Of a stretch of 64,000 bases of DNA, positions 11,312 through 20,380 are shown one piece after another. Location of the stretch: contig JAKFYE010000022.1 of NCBI GenBank assembly GCA_021731045.1, forward strand, positions 43,183 to 107,182. Reading direction: 5' to 3'. Origin of the DNA: Bdellovibrionales bacterium. GTDB taxonomy: Bacteria; Bdellovibrionota; Bdellovibrionia; Bdellovibrionales; JAKFYE01. A program made the position numbers and the translations under genes. The notes under the pieces are model-generated. The model was not told where the DNA came from. It worked only from the letters and a program-made list of their open reading frames with translations, and did not search any database. The stretch's first letter is position 1; each line of letters starts with the position of its first letter.

Positions 11312-12996
11312 TGAACGCGGATACGCAATCTTCATCCTCTTCTGTCACGGAAGCTCCAGAGATGGCGCTTCCGCCATTGTTAAAACGAATTTTAGAATCG
11401 CGCGGTTATTATACAAAAGACGCCATTCAAAAATTGTTTAGACCAACACTTAAAGATCTACGTGATCCTTTTACCCTCGATGGTATGAGCATCGCAATCG
11501 AACGACTCGTCAAAGCTTTTGAAAATAAAGAACGAGTTGCCGTCTACGCCGATTTTGATCTTGATGGAACTTCGGGTTTGGCACTTTTAGTTCAAGCCTT
11601 GGAAGATTTTGGATATCAAAATTTAGAGTACTATCAGCCTTTGCGATTATCAGAAGGCTATGGACTTCACGTAGCGGCCGTAGAAGATTTAAAAAAACGC
11701 GGCGTCAGCGTGATCATTACGGTGGATGTCGGTATTACGGCCAACATTGCGGCGTTAAAAGCTAAAGAACTGGGAATAGATCTGATCATTACAGATCATC
11801 ATTTACCAAAAGGCGAGTTGCCCGAAGCTTACGCCATCGTTAATCCGAATAAAGGCACGTGCGCATCACAATTAGGACATCTCTCAGGTGCCGGCGTCGC
11901 ATTTTATTTAGTCTTAGCACTCAAGAGAGCTTTAGAGCAAAAAGGGTATTTGCCTCTTGGATATAATCCAAAAAAACTTCTCGACTGTTTTGTTATCGGT
12001 ACGATTACGGATCTTGTTCCGCTTAAGGAAGAAAATCGTATTTTGGTTAAACATGGACTTCTCCAACTTGAGAACACTGTACGACCCGGATTAAGAAGTC
12101 TTATACAAAAATTAGGTTTGAACGGTCGCGCACTTTCGAGTGCAGATGTGGCGTTAGGTCTTGCACCAAAATTAAATGCCCTGAGCCGGATGGAAATGGG
12201 TTTGATGCCACGACAAGTTTTAATGGTGGAGTCTGTTGATGAAGCCGAAGCGATGGTCGATCAAATTATTCAAAACAATGAATTACGAAAGTTTTTACAA
12301 AAAGAAGCTTTAGTGAAAGCGACTGAAATGGCGGAGCTGCAAAAAGATTTGCCGTTTATTTTTGTTTGGTCCAAAGATTTTCATAAAGGTATTATTGGTT
12401 TAATTGCCACACAGTTAGCGAAAGATTTTTCTCGACCGGCATTTGTCGGTAGTCTTGATGAAGAAGGTTTTATTCATGGGAGTTCGAGATTACCCGAAAC
12501 TTCGGCGGTACATTTAGTACAAGTGCTCTCGCAAAACGCGGAGTTTCTTGTGCGTTCAGGGGGACACCAAGCCGCCGCTGGTTTTGTGCTTGAAGAAAAA
12601 ATGGCCGAACAATTTAAGTCGGGGTTACACGCGACACTTTCGAGCGCGCTCCGAACACCTTTTACTCAAAATTTTGATGCTGTTGCAAATCTTCGAGATA
12701 TTGATGACGACTTTATGTCTTGGTATGAAAAGCTGGAACCTTTTGGCAAAGACTTTCCGCAAGCCATTTTGCGGTTAGAAAATGTGACAATCTTAGAAAA
12801 ATCAGAGTTGCGAGGAGGGCATTTACGCTTGTCTTTGCAACAAGGACGAAAAAAATCTCAAGCCGTGTATTTTAATCCCAATTCGCGGGCTCGAGATATG
12901 CAAGCCGGCGAGGTCATTGAAATATTTGTTGAACCTCAATGGAATCATTTTCGAGGTGAAAAACGCCTCCAACTGCAAATTAAAAGCATTATTTAA
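11311..12996 (+). CDS. recJ: Single-stranded-DNA-specific exonuclease RecJ
   Basis: 561 aa with a TAATG overlap with secF. DHH-family motifs are VAVYADFDLDGTSG, ITVDVGI and ITDHH. Confidence 0.92.
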   Translation: MNADTQSSSSSVTEAPEMALPPLLKRILESRGYYTKDAIQKLFRPTLKDLRDPFTLDGMSIAIERLVKAFENKERVAVYADFDLDGTSGLALLVQALEDFGYQNLEYYQPLRLSEGYGLHVAAVEDLKKRGVSVIITVDVGITANIAALKAKELGIDLIITDHHLPKGELPEAYAIVNPNKGTCASQLGHLSGAGVAFYLVLALKRALEQKGYLPLGYNPKKLLDCFVIGTITDLVPLKEENRILVKHGLLQLENTVRPGLRSLIQKLGLNGRALSSADVALGLAPKLNALSRMEMGLMPRQVLMVESVDEAEAMVDQIIQNNELRKFLQKEALVKATEMAELQKDLPFIFVWSKDFHKGIIGLIATQLAKDFSRPAFVGSLDEEGFIHGSSRLPETSAVHLVQVLSQNAEFLVRSGGHQAAAGFVLEEKMAEQFKSGLHATLSSALRTPFTQNFDAVANLRDIDDDFMSWYEKLEPFGKDFPQAILRLENVTILEKSELRGGHLRLSLQQGRKKSQAVYFNPNSRARDMQAGEVIEIFVEPQWNHFRGEKRLQLQIKSII

Positions 12997-13118
12997 CCAA
13001 CCAAATATGATGCGCCAGGACGTGTAATGCCTTGCGGTATTTTTGCTTTACGTATGGAGTCTACGAGTGTTAAGTCAATCATCCCTGTTCATGTACCCTT
13101 TGTGGTAAAGGAGGATCG

Positions 13119-13715
13119 ATGAGTTTCAATGTGCGTTCCGAAACTGAGCGTCTTAGCGGCGATCTTAAACAAGAGATTAAAACTATGAAAAAAAATGTAA
13201 AGCAAAAAGCAAAAAAACAAATCGATGACCTTATCGACAATTTAAAAACTAACGAATTTTTAAAACGTCCTTCCATTCAAAATCTTATAGAGAAAGTTGG
13301 CAAACAAAAAGATTTGAATCAAAAGCTAAATAAAAAAATGGAAACGGTTGTGGATAACGTGAGGAATGACGTGGCCTCTCGTGTAGAAGCTCCAATAAAG
13401 CAAGCAAAAAAGGCCGTAAAAAAAGCGGAGTCAGCTGTTAAAAAAGTAAAATCTACATCTCCAAGACAACTCTTAAACATGATTAAAACGTCGGATGTAG
13501 CGAATCGGATTGCCACAACTATTTTATCTGGAGCTGAAAATCTCAATCAAAAATGGTTAGAAACTGTTGGCGTTGCGAAGCCCCCGCTTAAAAATGCGAC
13601 TCTTAAAAAAACAACCGCACCTTTAGCGAAATCATTATCTAAAAAAGTGAAGACAGTTAAAAAAACAGTTACGACAAAATCTAAAGTAGCGAAACGATCA
13701 CCTAAAAAGAAATAA
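13119..13715 (+). CDS. Lysine-rich, low-complexity basic protein (H1/AlgP-like tail), function unknown
   Basis: RBS AAAGGAGG upstream; 198 aa. K/A/V/T-rich repeats include KQAKKAVKKAESAVKKVKS and KKVKTVKKTVTTKSKVAKRSPKKK. Confidence 0.6.
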   Translation: MSFNVRSETERLSGDLKQEIKTMKKNVKQKAKKQIDDLIDNLKTNEFLKRPSIQNLIEKVGKQKDLNQKLNKKMETVVDNVRNDVASRVEAPIKQAKKAVKKAESAVKKVKSTSPRQLLNMIKTSDVANRIATTILSGAENLNQKWLETVGVAKPPLKNATLKKTTAPLAKSLSKKVKTVKKTVTTKSKVAKRSPKKK

Positions 13716-13722
13716 GGTTCGC

Positions 13723-14430
13723 GTGAGCTCAGAAGGTTTGAAGAAAAAATCAATCGTACTTCTTTCTTCGGGACTTGATTCCTCTGTTAATTTTCTCCTC
13801 GCCTTAAGAAAAACTGAAATTGTTTTAGCGTTAACATTTGATTACGGTCAGAGGGCTGCTGTTAGAGAAATTGAGTACTCTCGAGCGCTCTGCGCACGCT
13901 ACGGTGTACACCATAAAGTGATCGAATTACCTTGGCTGCGAGATATTACGAAGACAAGTTTGGTCAACGCGCAGGTTTCAATTCCACTCGAAATGTCTTT
14001 GGATGACCTTACGCAAACAACAAAAACTGCCGAATCAGTTTGGGTTCCAAATCGCAATGGTGTTTTCTTGAACATTGCGGCTAGCTTTGCAGAAACCTTA
14101 AATGCGAGTGTGATTATCCCGGGATTTAATAAAGAAGAAGCCGTTACGTTTGCAGATAACTCGGAAGATTATCTTGATGCCGCCACGGTCGCCTTTAGTT
14201 ACTCCACGCGTTCTCAAGTAGAAGTTGAGTGTTACACGACGCAAATGGTAAAATCTGAAATTGCACAACTAGGACAAGAGTTGGGGTTAGATAAAAGCCT
14301 TGTATGGTCTTGCTATTTTGGTGAGCCGCAGCCATGCGAAAAATGCGAATCGTGTTTGCGCTTTGCACGCGCGATGAACTTTGTAGTGCCGACGACACGA
14401 ATTCAAGAAGTTACATCATATTTTTCATGA
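13723..14430 (+). CDS. queC: 7-cyano-7-deazaguanine synthase (QueC)
   Basis: GTG start, PP-loop LLSSGLDSS and C-terminal Zn motif CEKCESCLRF. Confidence 0.9.
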   Translation: MSSEGLKKKSIVLLSSGLDSSVNFLLALRKTEIVLALTFDYGQRAAVREIEYSRALCARYGVHHKVIELPWLRDITKTSLVNAQVSIPLEMSLDDLTQTTKTAESVWVPNRNGVFLNIAASFAETLNASVIIPGFNKEEAVTFADNSEDYLDAATVAFSYSTRSQVEVECYTTQMVKSEIAQLGQELGLDKSLVWSCYFGEPQPCEKCESCLRFARAMNFVVPTTRIQEVTSYFS

Positions 14431-15002
14431 GTCAGTTAATGAAAACAAAATGGATCGAAAACGAATTTCTATATGACGGTAGTCAACTCCGTTGTCAGTA
14501 CGCATATCTTGCGCACGGGCTTTTAGGTTCTTCGATTGTATCGTGGTCTGGAGCTTGCGATATTTCGCAAGCCAATATGGCTGATGGTGAAGATCTGCTT
14601 CAAGGTGCCGAAATTCGTGGTTCAAAAATGTTACATTTTATCGTTGAGATTTTTGAACAAAAGTTGTTTTCGGGAGTTGTCTTACAAAGACTTCTCGCCA
14701 CCATCGTGCGTGATAAAATCTACGAATTAAATCCGCAACTCGTGGGTAAATTAAGACGAGACGGAGACGATCTTTTTTTCGAGGACCGCAAGCTTTCGAT
14801 TAGCGTTGCGGCTCAAAGTCCACTTTCATGTTTAATTCATTTTGCCGTTAATATTTCAAACGAAGGCACGCCCGTAAAAACGTGTGCCTTGAAAGATTTT
14901 GAAATTGTTCCGGAGCGGCTCGCCCATGCTGTTTTGTTGGCCTTTGAAAACGAAATGGCCTCCGTTCGGGAAGCCACTTGGAAAGTTCTGCCAGTTAATT
15001 AA
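14427..15002 (+). CDS. DUF366-like protein (recalled family assignment, unverified), translationally coupled to queC
   Basis: ATG 14427 overlaps the queC stop (ATGA). The ORF-track extension back to 14334 lies inside queC. Segments such as YDGSQLR...Y and MLHFIVEIFEQ match my memory of the archaeal DUF366/COG2029 family. Confidence 0.45.
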   Translation: MSQLMKTKWIENEFLYDGSQLRCQYAYLAHGLLGSSIVSWSGACDISQANMADGEDLLQGAEIRGSKMLHFIVEIFEQKLFSGVVLQRLLATIVRDKIYELNPQLVGKLRRDGDDLFFEDRKLSISVAAQSPLSCLIHFAVNISNEGTPVKTCALKDFEIVPERLAHAVLLAFENEMASVREATWKVLPVN

Positions 15003-15015
15003 CAGAATTCTATTT

Positions 15016-16260
15016 TTAGATCACGATTTCAGCGGGTGCTGAGTTCGATGGTTGTTTTGGCGCAGCCGTCTGTGGATTTGCAGTTTCAGGATTGACGATC
15101 GCATCGCTATCATCGCTTGCTCCAGCAGCAGGAATAACAGCTGTTGGCGCCTTTGACGTTGTATTCTGAATTGCTGCTGGTTTTACAACTGCATTTACCG
15201 GAACATTTGTTGGCGCGAATTGATTAATAATGTCGTCGGCAGCTTTGTCTTCTTCAGTTTTAGGTTTTCCTTCTTCTGTTCGTTTTGCAAGAACATCAGT
15301 CGCATCGGCACCCAAAGTTAAACCGGCAACAAAAGAAACCGTATTGCTACCTTCAGCAAGACTGTTTAAGTCTGACAATGTGATAATCATAGATTCTTTT
15401 GTGCTATCAACTTTATGCGAAGTGATTTTTGCAGATGTTATTTTTGAGAAACCGTCATTCTTTATGATTTCAAAGGCCGTTTTGTTGCTTTGAAGATCAG
15501 ATGCGTTTTGTGCGGCTTTGATTGTTTCTGAAGAGGCTTTTATAATAAGTTCCTTAGAGCCTGAGACAACCGAGAAAAACGTTGTTTCTTTGCTGTTGAT
15601 TAAATTGAGAACTAAAATACGTTGTGCCTCTTCAATCTTTAGTAAGGATTCTGAAATTTCTTTATCGTCTTCTTTTTGTTGCATCACTTCGGCAACGGCG
15701 CTTGTCACACTTTTAGTTGCGCGGAAAGAAATTACAGGAAGGTTTTCTTTATTAATAGCTGCACTTTCTTTTTTCAAATTAATATCTACGACTGAGCAAT
15801 CGTCATTAATGCAAACAGCAGAAGCTGAAACATCGTAAGATTCAGTAGGAGTTGTTAATGTATTAGAGTTACCATTACTAAGGTCAGACTCTTCACCTTT
15901 AATAACCGGACCAGAGAACTTCATGGACTCAAAAGTCTTTTTATCATTCTTATACGTAACTGATACTTCTAAGGTATTATTTTTGATATCAACGTCGATA
16001 TCGCCAAAATCAGCATTAAATTTATCTGTCTCGGCTTTAAGTTTTGGATTTTTAGCTAAAGCGTCGCTAATTTCTTTAATACGAGCTTGTGTGTCGGCAT
16101 CGACTTGAGCGGTGGCCACTTTTGAAATCGGGCCTAAACCGGCGACATTAACCGGGCCACGAAAGCGACTTTTAGGTGCGCAGGCAGTGGCGATCAAAAA
16201 TGACGAACCGATAATGTATGGGGTCAGTGCGGTTAAACCGATTAGGCTACGAATGTTCAT
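15016..16260 (-). CDS. Hypothetical lipoprotein
   Basis: The ATG at 16260 is preceded by GGAGG (the ORF-track TTG at 16272 is less likely). It has a lipobox-like signal (LIATAC) and an Ala/Pro/Thr-rich C-terminus. Confidence 0.6.
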   Translation of the reverse strand: MNIRSLIGLTALTPYIIGSSFLIATACAPKSRFRGPVNVAGLGPISKVATAQVDADTQARIKEISDALAKNPKLKAETDKFNADFGDIDVDIKNNTLEVSVTYKNDKKTFESMKFSGPVIKGEESDLSNGNSNTLTTPTESYDVSASAVCINDDCSVVDINLKKESAAINKENLPVISFRATKSVTSAVAEVMQQKEDDKEISESLLKIEEAQRILVLNLINSKETTFFSVVSGSKELIIKASSETIKAAQNASDLQSNKTAFEIIKNDGFSKITSAKITSHKVDSTKESMIITLSDLNSLAEGSNTVSFVAGLTLGADATDVLAKRTEEGKPKTEEDKAADDIINQFAPTNVPVNAVVKPAAIQNTTSKAPTAVIPAAGASDDSDAIVNPETANPQTAAPKQPSNSAPAEIVI

Positions 16261-16345
16261 GGAATCCTCCAAAAGTAATTAATCTTCTCAAACTGATACA
16301 ATGAGCAACCCAAAGGCCGCTTTCAGCTCGCATTAGTTCATTTTA

Positions 16346-16453
16346 AGCCCAAAAAGTGGCCCTAAAAGGTCACCGAACGCCTTTTTGAGGCCCTTAAATA
16401 AGCCCTAAAAATAGAGTCTAGGGCCTATATTAGAGGGCTAATTCGGCCTAGGG
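16346..16453. repeat. Cluster of about 7 copies (4 direct, 3 inverted) of an RGCCC(T)WAAA / TAGGGCY motif in a divergent intergenic region
   Basis: Direct copies are agcccaaaaa (16347), ggccctaaaa (16358), ggcccttaaa (16389) and agccctaaaa (16401). Inverted copies are ctagggcc (16418-16425), agagggct (16432-16439) and ggcctaggg (16445-16453). Confidence 0.7.
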
Positions 16454-16498
16454 TTTGCTGATAGTAATATGTCTATTAATTAAAGGTACGGAGACGAT

Positions 16499-17575
16499 AT
16501 GAAAAAAAGCTTAATGAGACTTTCACTTTTGAGAGCTTTGATTATTTACCTTTGCGCGAGTTTTCTTTTAGCCGCGTGTGGAGAACAAAAGAAAAACACT
16601 TCTGTTTTCAGTCGCCCGAAAGTTGAAATTTTAGATAACAATGCCGCGGTCAATAAAGGTATTGTAACTGGCAAAAAAAATGGAGCGAATCAAGATTATC
16701 TATATTTGCTTTCTAAAACGACCCCTAAGGCCATGGGCGAACTTTTAAAACTTAATTTAACAGCTGAGGAACTTCAGAGCGCCGAAAAACTAAAAGACGA
16801 AGTTCAAAAGTTTCAACTTCAAGTAAGAAAAGATGAGAATAGTAAGCTTACTTATGCGATTGCTTTTGAAGCTAAATCCGAAGAGAGCGACAAATTTAAT
16901 AAATCAATCGTCATTAAATTGAATCCTATCAACGCCGAACAGTATACAGGGAAATTTGAATCCGCTGATGATCAACCGACAAAAAGTCTATTATATAGTG
17001 TGGTTTTAAACTTAGGTTCTGATGGTAGCTCCGCCTCGATTCAATTAACACGAGAGTCTGATAAAGCGGTCGGTATTTATTATGCGAATATCCTTAATGT
17101 AAAAACAAAAAGAGTAAATCAAAACGTGTCTTCGGAGCAGGCCATCGCCCTTGATAAAGGACAAAAGTTGCATCCGGTGTCAGCGGTAGTGGAACAGCCA
17201 GATTCAATGTCCATAGTCACCAACACGATTAATGTTACGGGTGGTGAGAGCCGCATTTGGATATATCTAGAAAGAAATTTAACTAACGGAAATTATTTGT
17301 CGTTAGAATTAGAAGGCGATTTAGTTGTATCAGACTCTAAAGAAGGGAGTGCTTTGAAAGCGTCCTTTAATAGGGTTGAGGGCAATGATTCGTCATCGCT
17401 AGTTCGGAGTGCTTCGATTGTATCGCACGCGGAAAATGGAGAGTTGGGGATTCGTTTGTTAATGAATTCTTCAGAAAAACCTGAAGCTGTCATTGAGCAA
17501 AAGCCGACGCCAAAGAATTCGACTTTATCAACGCAGCCTCTTAAGAATTATATCGATTTCAAACTCATTCCGTAA
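16499..17575 (+). CDS. Hypothetical lipoprotein
   Basis: RBS GGAG upstream and a lipobox (LLAACGEQ); 358 aa. No recognised family. Confidence 0.6.
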   Translation: MKKSLMRLSLLRALIIYLCASFLLAACGEQKKNTSVFSRPKVEILDNNAAVNKGIVTGKKNGANQDYLYLLSKTTPKAMGELLKLNLTAEELQSAEKLKDEVQKFQLQVRKDENSKLTYAIAFEAKSEESDKFNKSIVIKLNPINAEQYTGKFESADDQPTKSLLYSVVLNLGSDGSSASIQLTRESDKAVGIYYANILNVKTKRVNQNVSSEQAIALDKGQKLHPVSAVVEQPDSMSIVTNTINVTGGESRIWIYLERNLTNGNYLSLELEGDLVVSDSKEGSALKASFNRVEGNDSSSLVRSASIVSHAENGELGIRLLMNSSEKPEAVIEQKPTPKNSTLSTQPLKNYIDFKLIP

Positions 17576-17672
17576 CTCAGTGGGTTCGGCATAGTGCATT
17601 TGGGAAAAAGGCAGAGGGCCAAGGCGCCTCTATGGATACCTGGCAGTTGCCTCTCATGCCATTATTTTGAAT

Positions 17673-17963
17673 TTAAGCTGAACGCTTTTGGTAAGATTCG
17701 ATTAAATCAGTATTTTTTTGACGGTACTCTTGCAGACTAAGATGTCCGTACGTTTTTTTACGCGCCATTTCGAGAACGTCTTCTGTAAGGTCCATTTCCA
17801 AAACTAGGCGGAGCTTTTGCGGAACAGTGACACCTTGCTTTGCCATTAAAACTAAATATTCAGCAACGACTTCGATCGCAAACTCTTCAAAAGATTGTTC
17901 TGCAGTGATGTTTTTTAAAAGCAATCTTTCAAATGTTAAATACAGTAAGTCGTTTTTATCCAT
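17673..17963 (-). CDS. Hypothetical protein (96 aa)
   Basis: RBS GGGGAG upstream of the ATG. No recognisable motif. Confidence 0.45.
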   Translation of the reverse strand: MDKNDLLYLTFERLLLKNITAEQSFEEFAIEVVAEYLVLMAKQGVTVPQKLRLVLEMDLTEDVLEMARKKTYGHLSLQEYRQKNTDLIESYQKRSA

Positions 17964-18083
17964 GGTGTCTCCCCAAATCGATTCACTTATTTATCGGCGT
18001 TCTTGTCGATTCACTTAGACAAAGTGGAGTCTTGATTTTAAAATCTGTACTTGGCTTAAGTTCGATATCTGATGAAGATATGA

Positions 18084-19316
18084 ATGACGAAGGACCGGGT
18101 AATGAAACCTATGAATCAAGCTGAAGTGGAGCGTTTTATTGAAGAGGCAAAAGCCTATGAGGGCTGCCGTCTTCAGGACGTTAAATCTACCGAACATATT
18201 TTGGCTTTAGGTTTTTATCAGCACTCAAACGTGTACTGGATAGTTATAGACCTTAAGCCAGCGTTACCATTTGTATTTCATGCGTCCGAAATGCCCAAAG
18301 CGATGAAAAGTAAGACAACACCGTTACTTCTTTTTTTACGCGCTCATTTTGTGGGTCATCGTTTAAAAAATATTCAGGCCCATACAGAAGCGGATCGCAC
18401 ATTTATTTTAGATTTTTCTGATCGCACGCTTGAAATCCGTATCTTTCCTCATGGGCAAAATGCTATTGCCACGACTTCAGATAAAACCCTCTCTTGGGAA
18501 AAAATTAAATTGCTTAAAGAAAAAGGTGTCGCTTCTGCTTACGTTTTACGTACGCACGAAGAACTTGTTCAAGAGTGGCAGTCGTCGAATCAAAAAAAAT
18601 CGTCGGCTGCCGTTAATAAAGATAAAATCATTCAAAAAAAGAAATCTGCAGTTGAAGAGCTAAAGACATCTTTGAGTTCAGATGAAGATGTTCTTTTGAA
18701 AGAATTTGGACAATGGCTATTAAGTCATAATGGAGAGCCGCCTGAAAAGTGGAAGGCGTATTACGACAGTCAGCTTTCGCATACTGAAAACGCACAATTG
18801 GTTTTTGAAAAATCTAAAAAACTTGCACACAAAAAAGAGGGTGTTCAGGAGCGCGTGGATCTTTTGCTTCAAGAAATTGAAGCGCTTGAAAGTGGACAGG
18901 CACCAGAGCCCAAGAAAAAAGTGACATCGCAGATTATTGAAAAGTCAGACGCGCGCGCGAAAAGGTTTCCGATTAGCGAAAAATATGAATTACTTATCGG
19001 CAAATCGGGCGCAGATAATCTTAAACTTTTGCGCAAGGCTGGAGGGCATGATTACTGGCTTCATTTAAGAGATTACCCCGGTTCGCACGGAATTCTTCAT
19101 CGCAATAAAGGCCAAGATATTTCGGATGTGGATATGCAGTTGGCGATTCAAAGATTTGTTAAGGAGTCGCATGCCGCGAAACATGAATTAAAAAAAGGCG
19201 ACCCAGTTGATGTCATTATTTGTGAGTGCCGTTTTGTGCGTCCTATAAAAGGCGATAAATTGGGACGAGTGAATTACCAAAACGAACGGCATCTTCGAAT
19301 TCGATTTGAAGCGTAG
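18084..19316 (+). CDS. NFACT-family protein (RqcH/FbpA-like, DUF814/NFACT-R domain)
   Basis: The C-terminal motif LLIGKSGADNLKLLRKAGGHDYWLHLRDYPGSHGIL is typical of NFACT-R/DUF814. A coiled-coil middle and an NFACT-N-like N-terminus are present. The start is uncertain (ATG 18084, 18102 or 18111). Confidence 0.7.
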   Translation: MTKDRVMKPMNQAEVERFIEEAKAYEGCRLQDVKSTEHILALGFYQHSNVYWIVIDLKPALPFVFHASEMPKAMKSKTTPLLLFLRAHFVGHRLKNIQAHTEADRTFILDFSDRTLEIRIFPHGQNAIATTSDKTLSWEKIKLLKEKGVASAYVLRTHEELVQEWQSSNQKKSSAAVNKDKIIQKKKSAVEELKTSLSSDEDVLLKEFGQWLLSHNGEPPEKWKAYYDSQLSHTENAQLVFEKSKKLAHKKEGVQERVDLLLQEIEALESGQAPEPKKKVTSQIIEKSDARAKRFPISEKYELLIGKSGADNLKLLRKAGGHDYWLHLRDYPGSHGILHRNKGQDISDVDMQLAIQRFVKESHAAKHELKKGDPVDVIICECRFVRPIKGDKLGRVNYQNERHLRIRFEA

Positions 19317-19378
19317 CGTCGGCAACGTCATCTATTTGAAAGTACTCTGAGATTAGTCACCGATAGCAGACACGCATA

Positions 19379-19406
19379 TTGACAAGACTTGCCTTAGGTC
19401 TACGAT
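19379..19406 (+). promoter_or_regulatory. Putative sigma70-type promoter of the ABC/GldG-like operon
   Basis: TTGACA (19379-19384), a 16-nt spacer, then TACGAT (19401-19406), 42 nt upstream of ATG 19448. Confidence 0.3.
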
Positions 19407-19447
19407 CTAATTTGTCATCATAAAACAACATTAGATTGGGAGTTAAG

Positions 19448-20380
19448 ATGATTCAAATTCGTGATCTTACGAAGTCTTATGGAACGACCACCGCTATCAA
19501 AGATCTCAACTTCACGGTCAATAAAGGTGAAGTTGTTGGATTTCTTGGACCGAACGGCGCGGGTAAATCGACAACGATGAAAATCATTACCGGTTACATG
19601 GCCCCTACGAGTGGTTCGGTCACAATTGCAGGATTTGATGTATTTGAAAATCCGATTGAGGTGAAAAAAAGAATCGGGTTTTTACCCGAAACCCCTCCTC
19701 TATATACGGATATGTATGTGTGGGATTTTTTAGCTTACGTTGCCAAACTCAAAGGTGTTGAAAAGTCTCATATAAAAAGCCAAGTCGAAATGGCTATTGA
19801 GCGCACACATATCCAAAGTGTGAGCCATCGCTTAATCCAAAATCTTTCAAAAGGTTTTAAGCAACGGGTGGGAATTGCGCAGGCGCTAGTTTCGGAACCT
19901 GAAATCCTCATTCTTGATGAACCAACGGTCGGCTTGGATCCAAAGCAAGTCGCAGAGATTCGGGATTTAATTAAAGAATTAAAAGGAAAGCACACGGTCG
20001 TGTTATCGACTCACATTTTGCCTGAAGTACAGGCCAGCTGTGAACGTATTATCATTATCAATCGTGGGCGCATCGTCGCAGAAGATTCGCTTTTAGGTTT
20101 AAATAGAAAAATGACGGGTAACCACCGCATCTTCGTAAGGGTCAAAAATTTAAATGAAAATCTGTTATCTGCTTTGGGTGGTGTGAAGGGTGTGGTGGAT
20201 GTAAAAAAAGGTGATGCGCCGGGTGCTATTGTTCTTACCACAGAGAATGATGAAACCATTCAAGAGAACATCGCCACAAAAATTGCGACGAGTGGCGCGG
20301 GTTTAATTGAAATGCGTGCGGAAGATTACAGTCTCGAGGATATTTTCTTAAAAGTTACGGCAGAGGGAGAATTACGATGA
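19448..20380 (+). CDS. ABC transporter ATP-binding protein (GldA-like)
   Basis: ATG 19448 with GGGAG upstream (the ORF-track TTG at 19436 is less likely). Walker A is GPNGAGKST, the signature is LSKGFKQR and Walker B is ILILDEP. Confidence 0.9.
   Translation: MIQIRDLTKSYGTTTAIKDLNFTVNKGEVVGFLGPNGAGKSTTMKIITGYMAPTSGSVTIAGFDVFENPIEVKKRIGFLPETPPLYTDMYVWDFLAYVAKLKGVEKSHIKSQVEMAIERTHIQSVSHRLIQNLSKGFKQRVGIAQALVSEPEILILDEPTVGLDPKQVAEIRDLIKELKGKHTVVLSTHILPEVQASCERIIIINRGRIVAEDSLLGLNRKMTGNHRIFVRVKNLNENLLSALGGVKGVVDVKKGDAPGAIVLTTENDETIQENIATKIATSGAGLIEMRAEDYSLEDIFLKVTAEGELR

Noticed and set aside
12997-13722. Looked for a preQ1 riboswitch upstream of queC, and for other riboswitches (glmS, ydaO-type c-di-AMP, lysine) near glmM, cdaA and lysS.
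   Set aside because: The space upstream of queC is occupied by the Lys-rich CDS with only a 7-nt gap. The other leaders are too short (7-72 nt), and I saw none of the conserved cores.
14334-14426. ORF-track 5' extensions that overlap the preceding gene (14334, 24025, 41386, 47890, 49487, and smaller ones at 3274, 16272, 19436, 21141, 31258).
   Set aside because: The extensions lie inside well-supported upstream genes. Downstream starts give 1- to 4-nt overlaps, RBS motifs or native-looking N-termini (signal peptides, conserved first motifs). I treat them as artefacts of the longest-ORF rule, not as frameshifts or fusions.
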